A stretch of DNA of 64,000 nt from an uncultured bacterium (lineage in GTDB: Bacteria > UBP6 > UBA1177). Both the position numbers and the translations under genes were made by a program. The notes beneath the pieces are model-generated. The model saw only the letters and a program-made list of their open reading frames with translations. It ran no database searches and was not told where the DNA came from. Location: positions 4,918 to 68,917 of the forward strand of contig CAJOMF010000002.1 of assembly GCA_905235605.1 (NCBI GenBank), in the 5' to 3' direction. This document shows positions 60,101 to 64,000 of this stretch, in pieces. The number at the start of each line of letters is the position of its first letter. Positions within the stretch are counted from its first letter, which is position 1.

Positions 60101-61256
60101 CGACAAAGGACTCAAACCGGGAAAGATCTGGATCCCGCCGATGCACTTCGGTTCACCGCTTTTCGCGGCGGCATTCCGTGCTTTCGGCTACGATGCGCAG
60201 GCCGTTCCGCTTGAAACCAAGCACGATCTCGTCACCGGAAAAAAATATGTCAGAGGTCAGGAATGCCTGCCGATGATCCTCACTCTGGGCTCTTTCCTGA
60301 ATCAGGTCAAAAAAGAGCCTGGCAGGCAGCACACTCTTTTCATGCCGTCTTCGGAAGGACCGTGCAGACTGGGACAGTACAACATGCTTGAGCGCATAGC
60401 CTTCGAGCATCTGGGGCTTGACAACATCGATATCCTGGCGCCTTCGAGCATAAATTCGTATCAGGGAGTCGAGGAGCAGCTCAGAAGATACCTGATGCAT
60501 TCCGTAATGACCAGTGACATACTCATGAAAATGACGACGCGTACAAGACCTTACGAAAAAACAAAAGGCGATGTCGATGCATTTCTTGAAAAAGCCATGA
60601 AAACTCTTGAAAAAGTTTTCGAGCAGAAAAAAAGTCCGCTTCCGGTCGTTGAAGAACTTGCTTCGGAACTTGACAGGATCCCGCGCTACAGCGGACAGAA
60701 ACCGCTTGTCGGCATCGTCGGTGAAATATACGTCAGAAGCAACGCCTGCGCGAACGGAGACGTCATCAGAGTCATTGAGGAAAACGGCGGCGAGGCTTGG
60801 CTTGCTCCGCTTTTCGAGTGGCTCATCTACACAGTCTGGGTCCAGGATTTCATGGCGAAACAGAAGGCGTTCTCCCTTTTCGGAAGAGGCGAATCGCTCA
60901 TCAAAAACCTTTACGTTTCACACTTCGACGAAGCATACTACAAAGCGGCCGGCAGGATCCTCCACGACAGACGCGAACCATCGATAAAATCCACTCTTGA
61001 CGAAGGAATGAAGTATCTCCATCCCGAATTTGTCGGTGAAGCGATACTCACGGTCGGACGCGCGGTCGAATTTGCAAAACAGGGGGCTTCGATGATAGTC
61101 AATGTCGCTCCTTTCGGCTGCATGCACGGGACCATCACCGATTCGATCTTCCAGGAGATCAAAAACACTCACAATATCCCGATCGTTTCGCAGTTCTACG
61201 ACGGAGATATCGACATAAACGACCGAGTCGCCAACATCCTGAGAATGAGAAAATAA
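57135..61256 (+). CDS. Double BadF/BadG/BcrA/BcrD (HgdC-type) activase ATPase fused to a DUF2229 / 2-hydroxyacyl-CoA-dehydratase-like domain
   Basis: 1373 aa. Two actin-fold ATPase units (GIDIGSTFITV..., GMDIGSTSTKIAL...). A CxxCxxxC cluster (CKLCSNFC). The C-terminal 700 aa is HgdB/YjiM-like. Confidence 0.7.
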   Translation: MQERLGIDIGSTFITVFSQNKNKVVFRVRHSGKISESLKKIFADTDSDTLVRFTGKTAAEFSGVVKDLCISEAEAINAALKNEKFFGGKDFAIISIGASSLKKYTIKSGTISDISSNSLCASGTGLFLEEQAERLSIDLENMPALDIAEPPSIASRCTVFAKSDLIHHQQEGRTKDEMWAGMCRALVISATNTLFKGLEIKGNFLLIGGVSLNKEVVRWFRTLFPTSVWLVPEFSEAFVAKGAAESACIKVTEIDPDKFSHSAAFEKMPPLTLKKSIYPQFTEPTLDDENNEIRIHKANYREIPEAILGMDIGSTSTKIALLDLKGEPVLDIYRKTGGDPVNAAKKLFKALYSLIDPAKTTIRAFGTTGSGRKLSGIIFGADAIINEITAHAKGTASIFPEVETIFEIGGQDAKFIRLSHGFVTDVNMNYVCAAGTGSFVEEQARKLGIPINLAGKLTEHVAPPVTSDRCTVFMEQDIRSLLQQGFDKNEVLAAVHYSVVKNYLNRVVGNRKISRDKIFFQGATARNKGLVAAFENLLNVEMVVSPFCHVMGCIGAALVAFEEVKAEGVAKKSSFRGAESATIEVTSRTETCKLCSNFCRINHISEKGGKESSWGYGCGRDPETPVRKEIKEFELIKHRNSSFFKNFLTEKESIGKVGLPLAVSTWTFLPLWKKMFSLLNIETVVSATQTTHEIKGLSSKYSASDFCFPVKTSIGHALELTNKGLPVFFPTLISAGDNVKTAISFFCPYVQSNPSIISTVMEKNGLDPKSKIIDPVIDFRMSDDKNGTLIFKAFAPFFPSLKEKQVRKAWKEARDYYKSETTRLIDEGEAFLKNAQKEKKPLFLLVGRPYNLYDKGINLGIPETIAGMGYNVLPIDMMHINVGSLADTNYWNLFWNYGQKIIAAIKRAKKEENVFPIYLTNFSCGPDSFILSFAENEMKGRPMLILELDEHSSDGGYLTRIEAFIDVVKGYMKNRPEQSEKPLPDIYLADKGLKPGKIWIPPMHFGSPLFAAAFRAFGYDAQAVPLETKHDLVTGKKYVRGQECLPMILTLGSFLNQVKKEPGRQHTLFMPSSEGPCRLGQYNMLERIAFEHLGLDNIDILAPSSINSYQGVEEQLRRYLMHSVMTSDILMKMTTRTRPYEKTKGDVDAFLEKAMKTLEKVFEQKKSPLPVVEELASELDRIPRYSGQKPLVGIVGEIYVRSNACANGDVIRVIEENGGEAWLAPLFEWLIYTVWVQDFMAKQKAFSLFGRGESLIKNLYVSHFDEAYYKAAGRILHDRREPSIKSTLDEGMKYLHPEFVGEAILTVGRAVEFAKQGASMIVNVAPFGCMHGTITDSIFQEIKNTHNIPIVSQFYDGDIDINDRVANILRMRK

Positions 61257-61286
61257 CAGTTTTTTACTCCGTTTAATGGTGATATC

Positions 61287-62585
61287 GTGAAAAAGCGGCA
61301 TTACAGGTGGTATTCGGCGACTTACAGGCTGAATGAAAAAATAGAACGTAAGTTCACGACGACCGGTCAGGTGCTTATTTTATGCGCTTTTGCACTGATT
61401 TTTTTCGGTCTGAATACACGTGTCAGCATGCTTTTTGTCATTTTTGCGGCTTCCATTGCACTGCTTCTGACTGATGCTGTATCGCTTATGTTCAGAAAAT
61501 CAGATTTCGAGTTTGAGAGGTTCCTGCCTGAGTGTGCGTCAAAGGGGAAGGAAGTTAAATATCCGGTGATCATGCGTGCAAAAAGCGGAAAAGAGAATCT
61601 CGAGAACCTTTTTTACACCGAAGTTCCTGCAGCACCGGTACCTTCTTTTGAAGTTTTTGCAGCAACGAAAGAGCCTGGTGAAGAAAAGCGCAATTCATTC
61701 GACAGAAGAATGGGGTACTACCGCTGGAAGTGGCTGATCGCGAAAAACTGCGGCGGAAAATATGGCGAATTTGCCGTTACCGGCAGAAAAACCGACGGCG
61801 GGATACTGTTTGATGCCTCTTTTGTGCCCGACAGGCGCGGAAAAATCGCTTTCGGCGGTGCGTATATCTTTCACAAAGGGATTTTCGGGCTTTTGAAAAG
61901 AGGAAAAATCGTTCCGAATCCCGGAAGTTTCCTGGTTCTTCCCGAAATAAAGGAGTCGTTTGAAATCCCTGAAACCGAAGGTGATTCAGTTAATGAAAAA
62001 AACGAAAAAACGCGCGAAATGCAGGAAACGGGAAGCGGTTTCGAACTGCGCTCTCTCCGTGATTTCGTTCCCGGCGATTCAATAAGGAACATTCACTGGA
62101 AATCGAGTGCGAAAAGCGGTCAGCTGCGTACAAAAGAGTTTTACAAAGAGGTCGATTCGGGCTCTGTGATGTTTGTCGACAACCTTTTTGAAGAGCACTA
62201 CAGCGAAGATTTTGAAAAAGTCCTTTCGGCTGCGGCTTCGCTTTTAAACGCGATGCAGAGAGAGGAAAATCTTCCGCAGATCCTTTTTTTAGGAAGGGAA
62301 CCTCATGAAATCCCGGACAGCTCGAAAAAAAGTTTTGCATCAGCTCTCTCTACGCTTGCTCTTGCTGAAAACGATGCGGAAAACAAGTTCGAAAGCTGTC
62401 TCGAAACCCTTTTTGAAGCGGCGCAGAGTGCATCTACGATCTTCTTTTTTACTTCAAAGTACGACGAAGATAGAAAAAAGGCTTTGAAAACGCTGGCAGG
62501 GCTCGGCTGCGGCATTCGCATTTTTTATGCAGGCGGTGAAAGCGAGGCAGAACTCAGCCGTTACGAAACAAAAATAGATTTTTAA
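61287..62585 (+). CDS. DUF58-motif membrane protein (vWA-like)
   Basis: Two N-terminal TM helices. GSGFELRSLRDFVPGDSIRNIHWKSSAKSGQLRTKEF matches the DUF58 signature. GTG start. Confidence 0.5.
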   Translation: MKKRHYRWYSATYRLNEKIERKFTTTGQVLILCAFALIFFGLNTRVSMLFVIFAASIALLLTDAVSLMFRKSDFEFERFLPECASKGKEVKYPVIMRAKSGKENLENLFYTEVPAAPVPSFEVFAATKEPGEEKRNSFDRRMGYYRWKWLIAKNCGGKYGEFAVTGRKTDGGILFDASFVPDRRGKIAFGGAYIFHKGIFGLLKRGKIVPNPGSFLVLPEIKESFEIPETEGDSVNEKNEKTREMQETGSGFELRSLRDFVPGDSIRNIHWKSSAKSGQLRTKEFYKEVDSGSVMFVDNLFEEHYSEDFEKVLSAAASLLNAMQREENLPQILFLGREPHEIPDSSKKSFASALSTLALAENDAENKFESCLETLFEAAQSASTIFFFTSKYDEDRKKALKTLAGLGCGIRIFYAGGESEAELSRYETKIDF

Positions 62586-62605
62586 TAATTTTTTCAGGCG
62601 GAAAA

Positions 62606-63646
62606 ATGGATACCGGAATTTTCAACTACGAACTTCCCGAAGAGCTGATCGCAGACGATCCCGCGGCGCGCGGAACCGGGAAGATGATGGTCCTCGACAG
62701 AAGCAGGAATTCGATAACACATTCAGATTTCAGCGCAATAACCGATTATATTGACGATAATACGACAGTCGTTTTCAATTCGACGAAAGTTATTCCGGCG
62801 CGTATTTTCGGGCAGCGTTCAAGCGGCGGGAAAGTCGAATTTCTGCTGCTCAAGGCGCTTCAGAACGGTTTGTGGCAGGTAATGGTCAAATGTTCGAAAC
62901 ACATTGACAAAGGCGAGGTCGTATTTTTTGAAAACGGGCTTACTGCGGAACTTGTCTCAAGAAGTGAACAGTTTGCGGAAGTACGTTTTTCGCTTGATGC
63001 GGATAAACTTTTGGAATATCTCGACAAATTCGGTGACATCCCGCTGCCTCCGTATATTCTGAAACGGCGCAACGAAAAGCACAGCAGACCTGACGACAAG
63101 GAAAAATATCAGACAGTTTATGCAGAGACTGCGGGTTCTGTCGCGGCTCCGACGGCAGGGCTCCATTTCAGCCGCGAAATAATCGAAAAAATCCGTGAGA
63201 TCACAGGCGGACACGTTGAAAATGTCGTTCTCGATGTAGGTCTCGGCACTTTTCTTCCGGTAAAATGCGAAAAAGTTGAAGAACATAAGATGCACAAAGA
63301 ACATTTTGTGATCGACGAAGCGACTGCGGCAAGACTCAATGCAGACAAGGCTGCGGGAAGGAAGATCCTTGCAGTCGGAACTACGACCGTCAGGGCACTT
63401 GAGAGCGCAGCCGTTGATCGCGGCAGGATCGAGGCATGTGACAAGGAAACAGGAATTTTCATTTATCCGGGTTACGAGTTCCGCTTTACCGACCGCATAC
63501 TCACGAATTTCCACCTTCCGTGCAGTACGCTGCTTATGATGATATCGGCATTCGCAGGGCGTGAATTTGTTATGGATGCATACAAAGCCGCAGTTGAAAA
63601 CAGATACCGTTTCTATTCTTATGGCGACTCGATGCTCATTCTTTAA
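62606..63646 (+). CDS. queA: S-adenosylmethionine:tRNA ribosyltransferase-isomerase
   Basis: 346 aa with QueA N-terminus (FNYELPEELIA) and GLHF motif. Confidence 0.9.
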   Translation: MDTGIFNYELPEELIADDPAARGTGKMMVLDRSRNSITHSDFSAITDYIDDNTTVVFNSTKVIPARIFGQRSSGGKVEFLLLKALQNGLWQVMVKCSKHIDKGEVVFFENGLTAELVSRSEQFAEVRFSLDADKLLEYLDKFGDIPLPPYILKRRNEKHSRPDDKEKYQTVYAETAGSVAAPTAGLHFSREIIEKIREITGGHVENVVLDVGLGTFLPVKCEKVEEHKMHKEHFVIDEATAARLNADKAAGRKILAVGTTTVRALESAAVDRGRIEACDKETGIFIYPGYEFRFTDRILTNFHLPCSTLLMMISAFAGREFVMDAYKAAVENRYRFYSYGDSMLIL

Positions 63647-63722
63647 CAGGAGTTTTTGATACATGTCAGTTTTTGTATGCCGGTGTTTGTTTTATTTATT
63701 TCAGAAAATCACGGTTTTTTGT

Positions 63723-63750
63723 TTATTTTTTATTGACTTGATTTTCTTAG
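63723..63750 (+). promoter_or_regulatory. Near-consensus sigma70 promoter
   Basis: TTGACT(63723-28), 16-nt spacer, TATAAT(63745-50), then AGGAGG RBS before ATG 63810. Confidence 0.5.
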
Positions 63751-63809
63751 TTCTTATAATTCCCCGTTTTTGAGTTCATTACAACCGAAACTTTTATCAG
63801 GAGGTCATT

Positions 63810-64000
63810 ATGACGTATTTACCGCTTTCTTATCTGCTCGGTTCAAGAGCAAAAGTTGACATCATCAGAATTCTCGTCAACAAACAGAACTACACTGGAA
63901 GAAAAATCGCTGTTCTCAGCAGCACCAATCCCAACTCGAACAAAAAGGCTCTCGATTTTCTTATCGAGACCGGTCTTGTTTTGAGAGAACAGGTCGGCAA
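63810..64000 (+). CDS. 5' part of a probable HTH-type regulator gene, truncated by the window edge
   Basis: Open frame MTYLPLSYLLGSRAKVDIIRILV... with strong promoter and RBS. Runs off the window. Confidence 0.4.
   Translation, partial: MTYLPLSYLLGSRAKVDIIRILVNKQNYTGRKIAVLSSTNPNSNKKALDFLIETGLVLREQVG

Noticed and set aside
62957-63664. 235-aa minus-strand ORF
   Set aside because: Antisense to queA, which has unambiguous homology.
1-64000. CRISPR arrays, rRNA or tRNA genes
   Set aside because: No regularly spaced direct repeats, no rRNA-like conserved stretches and no convincing tRNA cloverleafs were seen on reading the intergenic regions.

Overview
This looks like a chromosomal segment from a Fibrobacteres-type genome, about 60 genes, densely coding, mid-range GC. 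The taxon is inferred from three Fib_succ_major/DUF1566 ('WRLPN..EL') domain copies and a Glt-like cluster; it is not proven. From 1-9412 the minus strand carries a seven-gene envelope cluster: an outer-membrane beta-barrel, a TPR lipoprotein, a 1209-aa TPR protein, a TPR lipoprotein, an 86-aa secreted protein, a Gly-rich TonB-C-like protein and a second beta-barrel. Its order and sizes mirror the Myxococcus gltD-E-F-G-H gliding/focal-adhesion module with a GltA/GltC-like pair; I did not see motA/tolQ-like aglRQS motor genes in this window. The middle of the window is housekeeping: acyl-CoA dehydrogenase, a LolC/E permease, tsaE, nnr, a Wzx-like flippase, etfA, miaB, rpoZ, purM, udk, nth, a PurS-PurL fusion, rpoN-ptsN, purD, engB, parA, HU, two SurA-like PPIases, rpsT with a TTG start, hutI and queA. 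Two small accessory islets interrupt this. (i) Between nth and radC: a Bro-N/DinD-like gene and a start-less, frameshifted tandem-DUF1566 pseudogene. The pseudogene's 5' end abuts a 12-bp perfect inverted repeat that encloses five tandem 9-bp TAGGGNNTN units (six GGG tracts, telomere-like TTTAGGG). (ii) An approximately 1.45-kb AbiEi/AbiEii abortive-infection toxin-antitoxin islet at the 3' end of hutI, flanked by two about 85 percent identical copies of the last roughly 200 bp of hutI. Downstream lie a PEGA+DUF1566 secreted protein, a 1373-aa double HgdC-type activase fused to a DUF2229 dehydratase-like domain, and a DUF58-motif membrane protein. A putative glycosyltransferase-like membrane protein is split by an in-frame TAA. 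I found no rRNA, tRNA or CRISPR.
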